Source: an uncultured delta proteobacterium
GTDB lineage: Bacteria > Desulfobacterota > Zymogenia > Zymogenales > Zymogenaceae
NCBI GenBank assembly: GCA_963792965.1
Contig: CAWBYW010000007.1
Location: 320,001-384,000, forward strand
Direction: 5' to 3'
DNA length: 64,000 nucleotides
A program made the position numbers and the translations under genes. How positions within the stretch are numbered: the first letter of the stretch is position 1; the number at the start of each line of letters is the position of its first letter. Below, piece by piece: positions 31,931-43,680 of the stretch. A model generated the notes under the pieces. It worked only from the letters and a program-made list of their open reading frames with translations. It was not told where the DNA came from and searched no databases.

Positions 31931-32404
31931 ATGTCCACGGACATTAAGGAAGCCCTGAGATCACTGACCTACGGGCTCTATATCATTACGACGCTCGCCG
32001 ACGGAAAGAGGAATGCAATGCTCGCGTCCTGGGTCTCCCAGGTTTCGTTTGACCCTCCCCGTATCATGGTCGCGGTCAAAAAGACACGGTTGACCCATAG
32101 CATGCTTCATGCCGCCGGCACTTTCGGGCTGATGGTGGTTCAGAGGGGGAAGGAGAGAGATCTCTCGGTCTATAAGGGCCCGGACCCGGAGCGGAAATTT
32201 GCCGGCCGGACCGTCGATTTCGGCGCTGGCGGCACGCCGCTCCTTACGGAATACCTGTCCGCGTTTGACCTGAAGATCGTTGATACGGTGGATGCCGGCG
32301 ACCATACGCTCTTTATCGGCGAGGTCCTCTCGGCCCGAAGCTCCGGGCCCGGCATCCCCGCCACAAACATGGATTACGGCAAGACCTATATCGGAGATCA
32401 TTGA
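31931..32404 (+). CDS. Flavin reductase-like protein
   Basis: YGLYIIT, SWVSQVSFDPP, AGDHTLFIGEV. Confidence 0.88.
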   Translation: MSTDIKEALRSLTYGLYIITTLADGKRNAMLASWVSQVSFDPPRIMVAVKKTRLTHSMLHAAGTFGLMVVQRGKERDLSVYKGPDPERKFAGRTVDFGAGGTPLLTEYLSAFDLKIVDTVDAGDHTLFIGEVLSARSSGPGIPATNMDYGKTYIGDH

Positions 32405-32422
32405 CCGGCGGAGAAAATCGGG

Positions 32423-32698
32423 ATGAGCGCACACAACTATGGGAAGGGTGATCTTACGGGGCCCACAAAAGAAGAGATCGCCGAGGAGCAAAAGAAGATC
32501 AACCGGCTCAGGCTCCTGGCCGACCTGACGGTGAGCGTCATCATGCAGTCGGATATTCCGATTGATGAGGCGCAGAAGCTGGTGGAGGGACTCAAGATGC
32601 ACGCCGTCACGCTCTTTCCCGGAAAGGAAGATACCTTCGAGCTGATTTATCGGCCGCGGTTCAACCGGGTGATCATGGAGAAATACCGGCTCCACTGA
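32423..32698 (+). CDS. Small hypothetical helical protein
   Basis: Clean 91-aa ORF in line with the upstream gene; LFPGKEDTFELIYRPRF. Confidence 0.7.
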   Translation: MSAHNYGKGDLTGPTKEEIAEEQKKINRLRLLADLTVSVIMQSDIPIDEAQKLVEGLKMHAVTLFPGKEDTFELIYRPRFNRVIMEKYRLH

Positions 32699-32735
32699 GT
32701 CGCCGCGGTAAGCCGACGCTTTCTTTTGCCGGACG

Positions 32736-32771
32736 AAATAAGGGAGGTCCCTATCGGGAGCTCCCTTATTT
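32736..32771. terminator. Bidirectional terminator
   Basis: AAATAAGGGAG.TCCC-TATC-GGGA.CTCCCTTATTT. Confidence 0.75.
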
Positions 32772-32795
32772 GTTGGCCCGTCTCTGTCTACTCTT

Positions 32796-33563
32796 TTATT
32801 TTACTTTCTTTTTCAGCCACGACAGGATGTCTCCCGCCACCTTGTCCCATCCATTCTCCGTCATGAGGTTGTGTCCCATTCCCTCATAGAGCTTGAAGTC
32901 GGCCCGATAGACCTTTGCCGTTCTTTGCTCCACCTTGACGGGGAAAAAGTAGTCGTGCCCGGCCGCCAGCAGCAGCACGGGAGACGTGACAAGCTTCGGC
33001 CTCAGCCACACGAACGGAACGCCGGCCCCCAGCAGCGCCCGGGAAGATTCACGCGACGCTCTTTTGAACCCTTCCTCGGATATCTTTTTCGGCGCGTTGT
33101 ACAGAAAGAGGCGTCGATACATCTTTTCCGACGTTATGGGAAGCGTCATCCAGCTCAGAAACCTCATCGACAGGAGGGGGTACTGAACGCTCATCTTAAG
33201 GAACGTAGAACGAGGGAAATTCCGAAAATTTATGGGTGCGACCAACACCGCAGCGGGAGGCTTGGCCCGTTCGAGGTATTTCATGGCGACAAATCCCCCC
33301 ATGCTGTGGGCGATGACGACGGGATTGCCGATCTCTTTTGCCGCCCGATCGACCTCATCGACGTAATCCATCATGCTCTGTTTCCAGAGCCCCGGCTCGC
33401 TTTCCCGCTCGCCATGGCATGGCAGTTCGAGGGCAAAGCAGGAGAAACCGGCCTTGCTGAAATAGTCCATGAAGTTCTTCCAGCACCATGCGCCGTGCCA
33501 GGCGCCGTGTACAAAAAGAAGTTTCGTCCGGAATTTCGGCTCTTTTGGAATCCTGGAAATCAT
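32796..33563 (-). CDS. Alpha/beta hydrolase
   Basis: HGAWHGAWCW, AHSMGG nucleophile elbow, D and GHNLM triad residues. Confidence 0.9.
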   Translation of the reverse strand: MISRIPKEPKFRTKLLFVHGAWHGAWCWKNFMDYFSKAGFSCFALELPCHGERESEPGLWKQSMMDYVDEVDRAAKEIGNPVVIAHSMGGFVAMKYLERAKPPAAVLVAPINFRNFPRSTFLKMSVQYPLLSMRFLSWMTLPITSEKMYRRLFLYNAPKKISEEGFKRASRESSRALLGAGVPFVWLRPKLVTSPVLLLAAGHDYFFPVKVEQRTAKVYRADFKLYEGMGHNLMTENGWDKVAGDILSWLKKKVK

Positions 33564-33689
33564 GGTGGGCCCCCTAAATAATATTGAATATATTCGTCAC
33601 TACTCGTCCCTCGAAGCGGACGGCGTGTTCTGGCCATGCGGGTTACCCGACTAAGGGACGCTTCGATCTTTCTCGTGATGAGAGAGCCG

Positions 33690-34195
33690 TTATCCCTTGC
33701 CTTCCCTTGTTTCTTTATTGACCGTGGAGATGTTGTCGAGAATACCGTTGATGAATGATGGGCTGTCGGCGCTTCCGTAGCGCTTGGCGATTTCTATTGC
33801 CTCGTTGATGGTAACGCTCGGTGGGATATCGTCAATGTAGAGGATCTCGTATACGGAGAGCCTGAGAATATTGCGGTCGACGATCGCCATGCGGGAAAGC
33901 CTCCAATTATCCGAAGCCCCGTTTATAACGTCGTCGATCTCGTCTTTGTGCGTAAGGACTCCGCGTGCAAGCTGCGTGAAGAAGGACCTGAGCTCTCGTT
34001 CGGTCTTGAAGCTTTCCCAGAAGGAGGCGATCATCCGCTCGACCACGGCATCGTCAGGCTCGGCCTTCCCGTTTCCCTCCGGGCCTTGACGGTCGGGAGT
34101 CTCCCCTTTTCGCTCTTCCACTCTTCCGGGGGGTTCATATCGACCTGGAAGAGGAACTGGAGCACCAGCTCTCGCGCCCTTCGCCTCTTGCCCAC
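33690..34195 (-). CDS. nusB: Transcription antitermination factor NusB; frameshift ~34085
   Basis: GKRRRARELVLQFLFQ in one frame; NWRLSRMAIVDRNILR, INEAIEIAKRYG, FINGILD in another. Confidence 0.93.
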
Positions 34196-34284
34196 GTTGG
34201 ATTCTCCTTGTTGCTCCACAGCAGGACGCCGCAGCATATCCGGCCCGTCCGGCCGACGGGTCACCTGTCAAAGAACTGCGCGCG

Positions 34285-34758
34285 TTACAGCTTCTTCATG
34301 GTCTCGATGAGGTTTGCCATCTCGATGGCGGTGACGGCCGCATCGTAACCCTTGTTCCCGGATTTGGATCCAGCACGCTCGATGGCCTGCTCGATGGTAT
34401 CGGTTGTGATTATCCCGTATGCAACAGGGATCGTACTCTCCAGAGAGAGCCGCGCCACCCCCTTGGCCGATTCGGCCGCGATGTATTCAAAATGAGGGGT
34501 GGCGCCCCGTATCACCGCGCCCAGACAGATAACGGCGTCGTACTTCCCGGCGTCAACGAGCTTCTTTGCCGTTTGCGGCACCTCGAAGGCTCCGGGAACT
34601 CGAAACACATGGATATCGTCATCTTTCCCCCCGTGGCGGACAATTCCGTCGACCGCGCCTTCCAACAGCTTGTCTCCGATAAAGCTGTTGAACCGGGAGA
34701 GGACTATGGCGAACTTCAACCCCTGGGCGGAGATCTTTCCTTCAATATGCCGTGGCAT
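34285..34758 (-). CDS. ribH: Lumazine synthase
   Basis: [29 protein letters not shown]. Confidence 0.97.
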   Translation of the reverse strand: MPRHIEGKISAQGLKFAIVLSRFNSFIGDKLLEGAVDGIVRHGGKDDDIHVFRVPGAFEVPQTAKKLVDAGKYDAVICLGAVIRGATPHFEYIAAESAKGVARLSLESTIPVAYGIITTDTIEQAIERAGSKSGNKGYDAAVTAIEMANLIETMKKL

Positions 34759-34768
34759 TAATTTCCTC

Positions 34769-35974
34769 CTACACCTTGTTGAGGAGATGGCCCATTTTAT
34801 CGCGCTTCGTCTTGAGGTATTCGATATTATTTTCGTGCGGCTCAATCTCGATAGGAACCTGCTCGATGACTTCGAGGTTGTACCCCTCCAGGCCGATGAT
34901 CTTCTTGGGATTGTTGGTCATAAGGCGGATCTTCTTGACACCGAGGTCGACGAGGATCTGCGCACCGATACCGTAATCGCGCAGGTCGGCCTTAAAGCCG
35001 AGCTTCTCGTTTGCCTCGACCGTATCGTATCCCTGGTCCTGGAGCTGGTATGCCTTGAGCTTGTTGGTGAGCCCGATGCCCCTCCCCTCCTGATTCATGT
35101 ATACCAGGACGCCTTTTTTCTCGGCGATGATCTTCTTAAGGGCCGACTGGAGCTGATCTCCGCAATCACACCGGAGCGACCCGAGGACGTCCCCCGTAAA
35201 GCAGGCGCTGTGAACCCGAACCAGCACCTCGTCCTCGGGCTTTATCTCTCCCATGACGAGGGCCAAGTGTTCGTGATCGTCGACGTCGGTCGTATACGCG
35301 ATCGCCTTGAATACACCGCCGAACTTCGTCGGAATCGCCGTCTCGGCGACCCGGTGTACGAGTGACTCGGTACGCATGCGGTACTCGATGATGTCCTTGA
35401 CGGTGGCGATCTTAATGTTGTGGAGCCTGGAGAATTCCTCAAGCTCCGGCATGCGCGCCATCGTCCCGTCATCCTTCATGACTTCGCAGATCACCCCGAA
35501 GGGATGCAGACCCGACAAACGTGCCAGGTCAACCGAACCCTCGGTCTGGCCGGTCCGCACAAGCACGCCACCCGCACGGGCGATGAGCGGAAAGACATGG
35601 CCGGGGTGTACAAGGTCTCCGGGCTTGGCATCGTCGGCAACCGCCGTCTTGATGGTCGTCGCCCGGTCGTAGGCCGATATGCCCGTCGTGACCCCGTGCC
35701 GCGCCTCCACCGAAACCGTAAACGCGGTTCCGAACTGAGAGGTATTGTCCCGAACCATGAGCGGGAGGTTCAGTGACCTCGCCTTTTCTTCGGTCAGCGA
35801 CAGGCAGATAAGTCCCCTGCCATACTTCGCCATGAAGTTGATCGCCTCGGGCGTCACCTTTTCCGCGGCCATCGTGAGGTCGCCCTCGTTCTCCCGCGAT
35901 TCGTCGTCGGTAAGGATGACGATCTTCCCGTCTCTGATGTCTTTAAGTATCTCCGGAACCGGTGAGATCGGCAT
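34769..35974 (-). CDS. ribBA: Bifunctional DHBP synthase/GTP cyclohydrolase II
   Basis: [35 protein letters not shown]. Confidence 0.97.
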   Translation of the reverse strand: MPISPVPEILKDIRDGKIVILTDDESRENEGDLTMAAEKVTPEAINFMAKYGRGLICLSLTEEKARSLNLPLMVRDNTSQFGTAFTVSVEARHGVTTGISAYDRATTIKTAVADDAKPGDLVHPGHVFPLIARAGGVLVRTGQTEGSVDLARLSGLHPFGVICEVMKDDGTMARMPELEEFSRLHNIKIATVKDIIEYRMRTESLVHRVAETAIPTKFGGVFKAIAYTTDVDDHEHLALVMGEIKPEDEVLVRVHSACFTGDVLGSLRCDCGDQLQSALKKIIAEKKGVLVYMNQEGRGIGLTNKLKAYQLQDQGYDTVEANEKLGFKADLRDYGIGAQILVDLGVKKIRLMTNNPKKIIGLEGYNLEVIEQVPIEIEPHENNIEYLKTKRDKMGHLLNKV

Positions 35975-35978
35975 AGTG

Positions 35979-36632
35979 CTACTCCTGAGAATAACCCTCA
36001 TCTCTCAGCATTTCGAGGGTGATACCTTCGCCTTCGTTCGCTCTCCCCACCGTGAGGAGCCGCTGGATATACTTTCCGATGACATCGGTCTCGATGTTTA
36101 TATCCGCCCCCGGCTTCTTCGCCGCAAGGGTTGTCGTCTTTTCGGTATGCCCGATGATGTTGACGGTGAATCCTTCCGCCGTTAATGAGTTAATCGTCAG
36201 ACTGATACCGTCGACCGCTACCGATCCCTTGTCGATAAGATATCGCTTGACCACCGGGGGTACGCTGATTTCGATGATGAGGCCGCCGCCCTCCCGCGTC
36301 ACCCGTCTGATCGTCCCTACTCCCTCGACGTGCCCCTGAACGAGGTGGCCGCCGAGCCGGTCGGAAAGCCTCAGGGCCCGCTCGAGGTTGACGCGAGCGC
36401 CCGTCGACAGCCGTGCCAGGCTGCTGCGCGCGAGGGTCTCAGGGGTCGCCTCCACCGAAAACGAGCCTCCGGCCGTTTCCACGACTGTCAGGCATACACC
36501 GTCCATCGAGATGCTGTCACCGATTTTCGTGTCGGAAAGCACCAGCCCCGTCTCGATCGTCAAAATAAAAATGCCCCCCGCCCTTCGGACGGAGCGAATG
36601 GTCCCGATGTCCTCTATGATGCCGGTAAACAC
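35979..36632 (-). CDS. ribE: Riboflavin synthase (alpha chain)
   Basis: [33 protein letters not shown]. Confidence 0.96.
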   Translation of the reverse strand: MFTGIIEDIGTIRSVRRAGGIFILTIETGLVLSDTKIGDSISMDGVCLTVVETAGGSFSVEATPETLARSSLARLSTGARVNLERALRLSDRLGGHLVQGHVEGVGTIRRVTREGGGLIIEISVPPVVKRYLIDKGSVAVDGISLTINSLTAEGFTVNIIGHTEKTTTLAAKKPGADINIETDVIGKYIQRLLTVGRANEGEGITLEMLRDEGYSQE

Positions 36633-36677
36633 CGTCTGCTCCTGCTGGCCCGATCACGGACCTCGACGAGCGCGGCC

Positions 36678-37772
36678 TCACCTCGGACCCTCGCGGTAGG
36701 CCTCCACGACGAGATCCTCGCCAAGCCGTCGCACCGTCATGTTATTGAGCATAAAGGCGTCGGAAATCCTTTCCGGTCCCTTGCCGACGGTGAGGCCTAG
36801 GCTGTCCGCGCCCGTCAGGATCTTTGGGGCAAAAAATAATAATATCTTATTAAATATACCATTTTTAATAAAGTAAGTAAAGATATTTGCCCCCCCCTCA
36901 ACCAGGAGACTCATCACGTCTCGTTTGCCCAGCTCCACGAGCAGCTCCTCTATCTTCAGCATACCGTCCTTCCCCTTGGAAACACGAACGATATCGGCCC
37001 CCCGTTCCATCAGACCCGCCGCCCTTCGCGGGTCGGCGCCATCCCACGACACGATCAGGACCTTACCCGTCCCTTCCCTGAGCATCCGGGACGTCGGCGA
37101 CATTTCGAGCCCGGAATCGATCACCACGCGCATCGGGTCTCTGCCATTCACCATCCGGACGTTGAGCAGTGGGTCGTCCTTTTTCACCGTCCCGAGTCCG
37201 ACCATGACCGCATCCGATACCGCGCGGAGATGGTGCACGAGCCTCCGTGATTTCTCCGACGAGATCCATTTGGAGTCGCCCGTGGACGTGGCGAGTTTTC
37301 CGTCAAGCGTCATAGCTGCCTTCAGGGTGACGAACGGGAGCTTTTTCGTAACGAACGTGGTGTAGGCTTCGTAGAACCTCTCGACCCTGTCGCTCATGAC
37401 CCCGACCGTGACATCAAGTCCGGCCTTCCTCAGGATGTCGGCGCCGCCTCCCCGCACGTCGGGGTTCGGGTCCCTCATCCCGATGAAGACCCTCTTTATT
37501 GCCGAGGAGATCACGGCCTCGGTGCACGGGGGGGTGCGCCCGTAATGGCTGCAGGGCTCAAGCGTGACGTAGAGGTCCGCTCCCGTTACCGGCACAGAGC
37601 TGGTCGCAATGGCCCAGGCCTCCGCGTGGGGTTTGCCAGGCCCCTCGTGCGTCCCCTCGGAGATCACCTTTCCGTCGCGCACGATGACCGCGCCGACCGG
37701 AGGATTTGGGGAGGTCATCCCCCGATGCCGAGCGGCCAGGGAAAGCGCCCTCTTCATGAACTGGGAGTCCAC
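36678..37772 (-). CDS. ribD: Riboflavin biosynthesis deaminase/reductase
   Basis: SPNPPVG, HAE, TLEPCSHYGRTPPC, TLDGK, VEGG. Confidence 0.96.
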   Translation of the reverse strand: MDSQFMKRALSLAARHRGMTSPNPPVGAVIVRDGKVISEGTHEGPGKPHAEAWAIATSSVPVTGADLYVTLEPCSHYGRTPPCTEAVISSAIKRVFIGMRDPNPDVRGGGADILRKAGLDVTVGVMSDRVERFYEAYTTFVTKKLPFVTLKAAMTLDGKLATSTGDSKWISSEKSRRLVHHLRAVSDAVMVGLGTVKKDDPLLNVRMVNGRDPMRVVIDSGLEMSPTSRMLREGTGKVLIVSWDGADPRRAAGLMERGADIVRVSKGKDGMLKIEELLVELGKRDVMSLLVEGGANIFTYFIKNGIFNKILLFFAPKILTGADSLGLTVGKGPERISDAFMLNNMTVRRLGEDLVVEAYREGPR

Positions 37773-38242
37773 TATCGATTCTTCCTGTCCCGTTTATCGA
37801 GGATATCTTTAAGCTCAGCCATGAACTCGTTAATGTCCTTAAACGACCGATAGACCGAGGCAAACCGCACATAGGCCACGTCGTCAAGCTCCCTCAGGCG
37901 TGCCATTACGCGCTCACCGATCTGGGTGCTCTTGATCTCTTTGTCGGCGGCATCGGCAAAGCTCGCCTCGATCTCGTTCACGGTTTTCTCGATGGCCTCC
38001 ATGCTTATGGGCCTTTTCTCGCACGCCTTCTTGATCCCGGCCAGAATCTTGCCACGATCGAACGGCTCGCGCCTCCCATCCTTCTTGACGACCATCGGGA
38101 GCACCTCTTCCACCCGCTCGTAGGTGGTGAAACGCCGCTCGCACTTGAGGCACTCCCTTCTTCTCCGGATGATGTCCCCCTCTTTTCCGAGGCGGGAATC
38201 GATAACCTTATCATCCATGAAACCGCAAAACGGACACTTCAT
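37772..38242 (-). CDS. nrdR: Transcriptional repressor NrdR
   Basis: [20 protein letters not shown]; ATP cone; [10 protein letters not shown]. Confidence 0.97.
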   Translation of the reverse strand: MKCPFCGFMDDKVIDSRLGKEGDIIRRRRECLKCERRFTTYERVEEVLPMVVKKDGRREPFDRGKILAGIKKACEKRPISMEAIEKTVNEIEASFADAADKEIKSTQIGERVMARLRELDDVAYVRFASVYRSFKDINEFMAELKDILDKRDRKNR

Positions 38243-38353
38243 TGATTTGGGCTCACCGATTGGGTATGGGACAGACTATCCGAACAAAAGCCTATTTCCC
38301 TGCATACGGGGACGAAGGAACCCAAAAAACCCTCCCGGGCTTCTCTCTCCTTT

Positions 38354-38833
38354 TCACTCCCGTTTCTCGCTCGGCCCGCTCAGTTTCTCAACTTCTATGT
38401 GGGCCTCGGCCAACAGGTCACGAGACAGCCTGTCGTCGTAGGATTCCCGATAGACGACCTTGATGATCCCGGCATTGATGATCATCTTGGCGCAGATGAC
38501 ACAAGGGAAGGTCCTCGTATAGATGACGGCGCCGTTTATGGCCACGCCGTGATACGCGGCCTGGATGATGGCGTTCTGTTCGGCGTGGAGTCCCCGGCAG
38601 AGCTCGTGTTTTTCTCCGGAGGGGACCGAAAGCTCGTCCCTGAGGCACCCCACGTCGATACAATGCTGAAGGCCTCGCGGCGCCCCGTTGTATCCGGTGG
38701 CCAGGATGTTCTTATCTTTCACGATGACGGCCCCCACGCGCCTCCTGACGCAGGTAGACCGTTCGGCGACGAGGTCGACGATGCCCATAAAATATTCGTC
38801 CCATCCTGGGCGCGGGCGTTGGGAGGTAGTCAT
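38354..38833 (-). CDS. dCMP deaminase (ComEB family)
   Basis: [27 protein letters not shown]. Confidence 0.92.
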   Translation of the reverse strand: MTTSQRPRPGWDEYFMGIVDLVAERSTCVRRRVGAVIVKDKNILATGYNGAPRGLQHCIDVGCLRDELSVPSGEKHELCRGLHAEQNAIIQAAYHGVAINGAVIYTRTFPCVICAKMIINAGIIKVVYRESYDDRLSRDLLAEAHIEVEKLSGPSEKRE

Positions 38834-38854
38834 CGTTTGCTTCAAGGGGATGTC

Positions 38855-40117
38855 TTACCCCTCGAGTTTGTAGTGGTAGAGAGGGAAGTCCTTCAGAAAT
38901 TCTTTCACGAAATTTCGTGTCTTTTCTATCTTTTTTTCGTCCGTGACATCTCTGAGGATATCGGCGATGAGGCCCGCCACGATCGTAACGTCCTTTTCCC
39001 TCATCCCCCGTGTTGTTACCGCGGGAGTGCCGAACCGGACACCGCTCGTGATGCGGGGGGGGCGTGTATCGTAGGGAATTCCGTTCTTATTGGCGCAGAT
39101 CCCGGCTCGTTCCAGGGCGTTGGAGGCGACGTCGCCGGTGAGCCCGCTTGCGCCCACGTCGATGAGGAAAAGATGGTTATCCGTTCCGCCTGAGACGATC
39201 CTGAAACCCCCGGCTTTGAGTCGCTCGACCATGGCCTGAGAGTTCTTCACGATCTGTCTCTGATACTCTTTGAACTCATCGGTCATCGCCTCCTTGAGGG
39301 CGACGGCCTTGGCGGCGATAATGTGCATGAGGGGTCCCCCCTGGGTTCCGGGGAACATGGTGGAATCGAGCTTCTTTCCGTACTGCTCCTTGCACATGAT
39401 CATACCGCCGCGGGGACCGCGCATCGTCTTGTGGGTCGTAAAGGTCACGAAATCGCACATCGGCACGGGGCTGTTGTGGATCCCGGCCACTACCAGTCCC
39501 CCTATGTGGGCTATGTCGGCCATAAGCATCGCGCCGTTCTTCTTTGCGATCTCACCGAACTTCGTAAAGTCGATCTCCCGGGGATACGAGCTGGCGCCGC
39601 AGACGATCATCTTCGGCTTTGATTCCTTAGCCAACCGCGCAACCTGATCATAGTCTATCCGCTCCGTCTCTCTATCCACGCTATAAAAGACGATATTAAA
39701 AAGCCTGCCCGATATATTGACGGGATTTCCGTGGGAGAGATGCCCCCCGTGAGAGAGGTTCATGGAGAGGATCGTGTCGCCGGGAGAGAGTACCGAAAGG
39801 TAGGCGGCGATGTTTGCCTGTACGCCCGAGTGCGGCTGGACGTTGGCGTGCTCACAGCCGAAGAGAGCCTTCGTGCGGTCTATCGCCAGCTGCTCGGCGA
39901 TATCGACGAATTCGCACCCATTGTAATACCGCTTTCCCGGATAGCCCTCGGCGTACTTGTTGGTCATGACGGAACCGGCCGCCTGAAGTACCGCCTCGCT
40001 CGTGAAGTTCTCGGATGCTATCAGAACGATCGTATGTTCCTGCCGTTCGATCTCACCCTGGATCGCTCGATATATTTCGGGATCGGTATCCCTGAGTCCC
40101 CTCATGTCTATGGTCAT
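38855..40117 (-). CDS. glyA: Serine hydroxymethyltransferase
   Basis: [31 protein letters not shown]. Confidence 0.98.
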   Translation of the reverse strand: MTIDMRGLRDTDPEIYRAIQGEIERQEHTIVLIASENFTSEAVLQAAGSVMTNKYAEGYPGKRYYNGCEFVDIAEQLAIDRTKALFGCEHANVQPHSGVQANIAAYLSVLSPGDTILSMNLSHGGHLSHGNPVNISGRLFNIVFYSVDRETERIDYDQVARLAKESKPKMIVCGASSYPREIDFTKFGEIAKKNGAMLMADIAHIGGLVVAGIHNSPVPMCDFVTFTTHKTMRGPRGGMIMCKEQYGKKLDSTMFPGTQGGPLMHIIAAKAVALKEAMTDEFKEYQRQIVKNSQAMVERLKAGGFRIVSGGTDNHLFLIDVGASGLTGDVASNALERAGICANKNGIPYDTRPPRITSGVRFGTPAVTTRGMREKDVTIVAGLIADILRDVTDEKKIEKTRNFVKEFLKDFPLYHYKLEG

Positions 40118-40563
40118 CGACGTGGCTCCCTTTCGATTTTCGAGATTTTCTCAATCCTGGCCTCGTGCCTCCCGCCTTCGTACGGCTCCCGGACAAAGGT
40201 CCTGACGATCTCTTTGGCCAGCTCCGGGCCCGTTACCCTCCCACCGATGGTGAGGATATTGGCGTTATTATGCCGTCGTGCCATACGGGCGGTGAAGATA
40301 TCCCACGCCAGCGCCGCCCGTATCCCGGGAAACTTATTGGCCGCGATGCACATACCAATCCCCGTACCGCAGACGAGGATACCGAAGTCGACCTCTTTGG
40401 CGATGACGAGCTTGGCCACCTTTTCGGCATAGTCGGGATAGTCGACCGACGCCGGCGAGTTCGTGCCGACATCGATAACCTCTATTGCGTCTGCCGAGAG
40501 CACCTCGACGATAACCTTCTTTAAATCCAGACCGCCGTGGTCAGCGCCTACGGCTACCTTCAT
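40114..40563 (-). CDS. rpiB: Ribose-5-phosphate isomerase B
   Basis: DHGG, DYPD, CGTGIG, HNNAN, GGRH. Confidence 0.96.
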   Translation of the reverse strand: MKVAVGADHGGLDLKKVIVEVLSADAIEVIDVGTNSPASVDYPDYAEKVAKLVIAKEVDFGILVCGTGIGMCIAANKFPGIRAALAWDIFTARMARRHNNANILTIGGRVTGPELAKEIVRTFVREPYEGGRHEARIEKISKIEREPRR

Positions 40564-40574
40564 GACACCACCGA

Positions 40575-40808
40575 TTAGAGCTTATCGTTAATATAATTAA
40601 TGGCGTCTTGAACCGTAGTGATCTTCTCGGCATCCTCGTCTGAGATCTCGATATCAAACTCGTCCTCTATGGTCATGATCATTTCGACAATATCAAGAGA
40701 ATCCGCGCCCAGATCGTCAATAAATGAGGCCTCCAGCTGAATCTCATCCTTATCCAGTCCGAGCTGCTCCGCGATAATCTCGACTACCCTTTCCTCAACC
40801 GATGCCAT
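40575..40808 (-). CDS. acpP: Acyl carrier protein
   Basis: DLGADSLD phosphopantetheine site. Confidence 0.97.
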   Translation of the reverse strand: MASVEERVVEIIAEQLGLDKDEIQLEASFIDDLGADSLDIVEMIMTIEDEFDIEISDEDAEKITTVQDAINYINDKL

Positions 40809-40846
40809 TTTTTCCTCCTAAAAGATATATTTGAGCGAATCGCATA

Positions 40847-41587
40847 TCACATGTAGAGTCCGCCGTTGACACCGATTACCTGACCGGTAATATAGCCCGC
40901 ATGCTCCGAAACGAGAAAACTCACCACTTCCGCGACTTCCTCGGGGCTCCCCATCCTGCCGACGGGAATCTGCGAAATGATATTCTCGCGCGCCTTCTCG
41001 GGCAGATCCATAGACATGTCCGTCGCGATAAGCCCCGGAGAGACCGCGTTGACGGTAATGCCCCTCTCGGCAAATTCCCGCGCGACCGCCTTCGTAAACC
41101 CAATGACCCCGGCCTTTGAGGCCGAATAGTTTACCTGTCCGGGATTACCGTACTGGCCCGCGAGAGAGGCGATGTTGACGACACGTCCCCATTTGGCCTT
41201 GAACATCGGCTTGATGATCGCCTTGGTCATCAGGTACGTTCCCTTGAGGTTCGTATCGAGCACGTCGTCCCAGTCCGATTCCTTCATGAAGATAAAGAGG
41301 TTGTCCCGCGTCCGCCCGGCGTTGTTCACCAGGATGTCAATCCTTCCCGCGGCGTCAAGGACCTTTTTGGCGGCATCGCCAACCTCTTGGGCGGATGCCA
41401 CGTCGCCGTGAAGGAGATCGGCCTTTCCTCCCGCCTTGATGATCTCGTCCCGTACGCTCGTTGCCCCGTCCTCGCTCTTATTGAAGTTAATGAAGACGTG
41501 GGCACCCTCGGCCGCAAGCCCCTTTGCGATCGCCCGGCCTATTCCCCGGGATGCCCCGGTGACTATCGCCACCCTATCACTCAACAT
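40847..41587 (-). CDS. fabG: 3-oxoacyl-ACP reductase
   Basis: TGASRGIG, NNAG, GNPGQVNYSASK, VNGG; between fabD and acpP. Confidence 0.95.
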   Translation of the reverse strand: MLSDRVAIVTGASRGIGRAIAKGLAAEGAHVFINFNKSEDGATSVRDEIIKAGGKADLLHGDVASAQEVGDAAKKVLDAAGRIDILVNNAGRTRDNLFIFMKESDWDDVLDTNLKGTYLMTKAIIKPMFKAKWGRVVNIASLAGQYGNPGQVNYSASKAGVIGFTKAVAREFAERGITVNAVSPGLIATDMSMDLPEKARENIISQIPVGRMGSPEEVAEVVSFLVSEHAGYITGQVIGVNGGLYM

Positions 41588-41732
41588 ACGCTCAACCGAG
41601 CCGGGCCCCATCTCGCACCTTCGCGCGACACCTCGGGGGCTCCGGGTTATGCCGTCTCCTTACCCCCCTTACCTCGCGCCCGAAAAACCCTATCCATTAT
41701 CTAAACCATATATTATGCGCTTTTGCAAGAGA

Positions 41733-42680
41733 CTATTGATATTTTTTTTCGGCCTCTTTGAGAGACGCGATGTCGCCGACAGAGCACGACGCGGCCTTTC
41801 TATCGATCCGCTTCATGAGGCCCGACAGCACTTTCCCGGGTCCCACCTCGACGAAGTCGCCCGTCTCCTGTGCGATCATGTACCTGACCGACTCTTCCCA
41901 TCTCACCGGCGAGACAAGCTGCCTCGTGAGGAGGTCTGCGATCGCGTCTTTGCCCGGATAGGGAACGGCCGTGACGTTGGAGACCACAGGGGTCCCCGGC
42001 TCGGCAAAAGACACCGAGGACAGTTCCCTATTAAGACCGCGGGCCGCCTCCTCCATCAGCGGAGAATGGGAGGCAACGCTCACCTTGAGGAGGATGACTT
42101 TGGTCGCCCCCCCCTCCTGAGCGCTTTTCTCGAGCCTTTCGACCGCCGTCCGATGCCCGGATACGACGATCTGCCCCGGCGCGTTGTAGTTGGCCGCCAC
42201 CACGATCTCGCGAGGCGTCGAGACCTCTTTGAGCAGCGCGTCGAGCCTTTCGGCGTCCATCCCTAAGACCGCCGCCATTGCGCCGATCCCCTGGCCGGCC
42301 GCGTCCTGCATCAACCGTCCCCGCTTCTGAACCAATCTCGCGGCCTCCCTGAGCGTCAGGGCGCCCGCGGCGGTCAGGGCGGAATACTCACCGAGGCTGT
42401 GGCCCGCAAGAAAAACGGCCGGATTCTCGCTCCCTATGCCGGCTTCTCTCATCGCCGCCAGGATCGCCATCGACACGACCAGGAGCGCCGGCTGCGTGTT
42501 CTCGGTCCTCGAGAGCTCGGCCTCCGGACCTTCAAAGGCAAGCTTCCTGATGTTGACGTGCAGCTCGTCTTCTGCCTCCTCGAAGACGAGGCGGGCCGTG
42601 GCTATGTTGTCACAGATATCTTTTCCCATACCCACGTACTGGGAACCCTGGCCGGGAAATACGAATGCGACAGAAGCCAC
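41733..42680 (-). CDS. fabD: Malonyl-CoA:ACP transacylase
   Basis: FPGQGSQ, GHSLGEY, SHSPLM. Confidence 0.96.
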   Translation of the reverse strand: MASVAFVFPGQGSQYVGMGKDICDNIATARLVFEEAEDELHVNIRKLAFEGPEAELSRTENTQPALLVVSMAILAAMREAGIGSENPAVFLAGHSLGEYSALTAAGALTLREAARLVQKRGRLMQDAAGQGIGAMAAVLGMDAERLDALLKEVSTPREIVVAANYNAPGQIVVSGHRTAVERLEKSAQEGGATKVILLKVSVASHSPLMEEAARGLNRELSSVSFAEPGTPVVSNVTAVPYPGKDAIADLLTRQLVSPVRWEESVRYMIAQETGDFVEVGPGKVLSGLMKRIDRKAASCSVGDIASLKEAEKKYQ

Positions 42681-42735
42681 CCTATTTCTCCCCGAAAAGT
42701 CGGGCCATACCCACAGAAAACCGGGGCCCGCCCTC

Positions 42736-43680
42736 CTACTGTCTGATCCTTTGGTTCAGGGCCCGGATTGTCTCTTCAGCGTCGGCCATGACCCCTTCAA
42801 CGATCTCTTTGGCGGACCGCTCGCGGTCGACTAACCCCGCGATCTGACCTGCCATCACCGATCCCTCGTCCGTGTCTCCCTCGACGGCCCTTGCGAGCGC
42901 CCCGTCCCCAAGCTTGAAGATTTCCTCCGGGGTCGCACCGGCCTTTTCCATCTTGAGAATCCTGCTGGCAAGGCGGTTTCTGATGATCCTGACGGGGTGT
43001 CCTGTCGATCTCCCCGTTACTACGGTGTCCCGATCTCCGGCACCGATGATTCGTCTTTTGTAGTTATCATGAACGGTGCACTCTTTTGCGACAAGGAAGG
43101 CGGTCCCCATCTGAATTCCCTCGGCGCCCAGGGCAAAGGCCGCCGCGGCCGTCTTCCCGTCGGCGATACCGCCGGCCGCGATGACCGGCACCGAGATCGC
43201 CCTGGTGACCATCGCGACCAGCGCCATGGTCGTCGACTCCCCGACGTGCCCCCCCGATTCGTATCCCTCGGCGATAATCGCGACGGCCCCCGCCCGCACC
43301 TCACGTACCGCCAGGCTCACCGAGGCAACGACCGGAATAACCGAAATCCCGGTCCCGGCCGCCCTCCTGATAATCGGTCCGGCGTTTCCCGCACCTATCG
43401 TGAGGACCGGCACCTTTCGCTCTATGACGGCCTCGATCTTGTCGGCGGCGTCGGGGGCCGTGAGGATTACGTTTACCCCGAAAGGTCGGGACGTTAGCTT
43501 CTTTATCTCGACGATTTCGTCTCTGAGTTCATCACGTTTCATGAGGCCCGCGCCTATGATGCCCAGTCCACCGGCTTCACTAACGGCTGCGGCAAGCCGG
43601 GCCGTCGACACCCGCGCCATGCCTCCCTGAAAAACGGGGTATCTGATATCGAGAAGTGAGGTTAATCTCGAGGTGATCAC
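42736..43680 (-). CDS. fabK: Enoyl-ACP reductase II (FabK/nitronate monooxygenase family)
   Basis: QGGMA, EGYESGGH, AAGGIADG, GHPVR, MAGQIAG; inside the fab cluster. Confidence 0.88.
   Translation of the reverse strand: MITSRLTSLLDIRYPVFQGGMARVSTARLAAAVSEAGGLGIIGAGLMKRDELRDEIVEIKKLTSRPFGVNVILTAPDAADKIEAVIERKVPVLTIGAGNAGPIIRRAAGTGISVIPVVASVSLAVREVRAGAVAIIAEGYESGGHVGESTTMALVAMVTRAISVPVIAAGGIADGKTAAAAFALGAEGIQMGTAFLVAKECTVHDNYKRRIIGAGDRDTVVTGRSTGHPVRIIRNRLASRILKMEKAGATPEEIFKLGDGALARAVEGDTDEGSVMAGQIAGLVDRERSAKEIVEGVMADAEETIRALNQRIRQ

Noticed and set aside
38243-38353. FMN riboswitch ahead of nrdR and the rib genes
   Set aside because: No RFN core sequences (AGGGCGGGGTGAAATTCCC...AGAC) are present in the gap.
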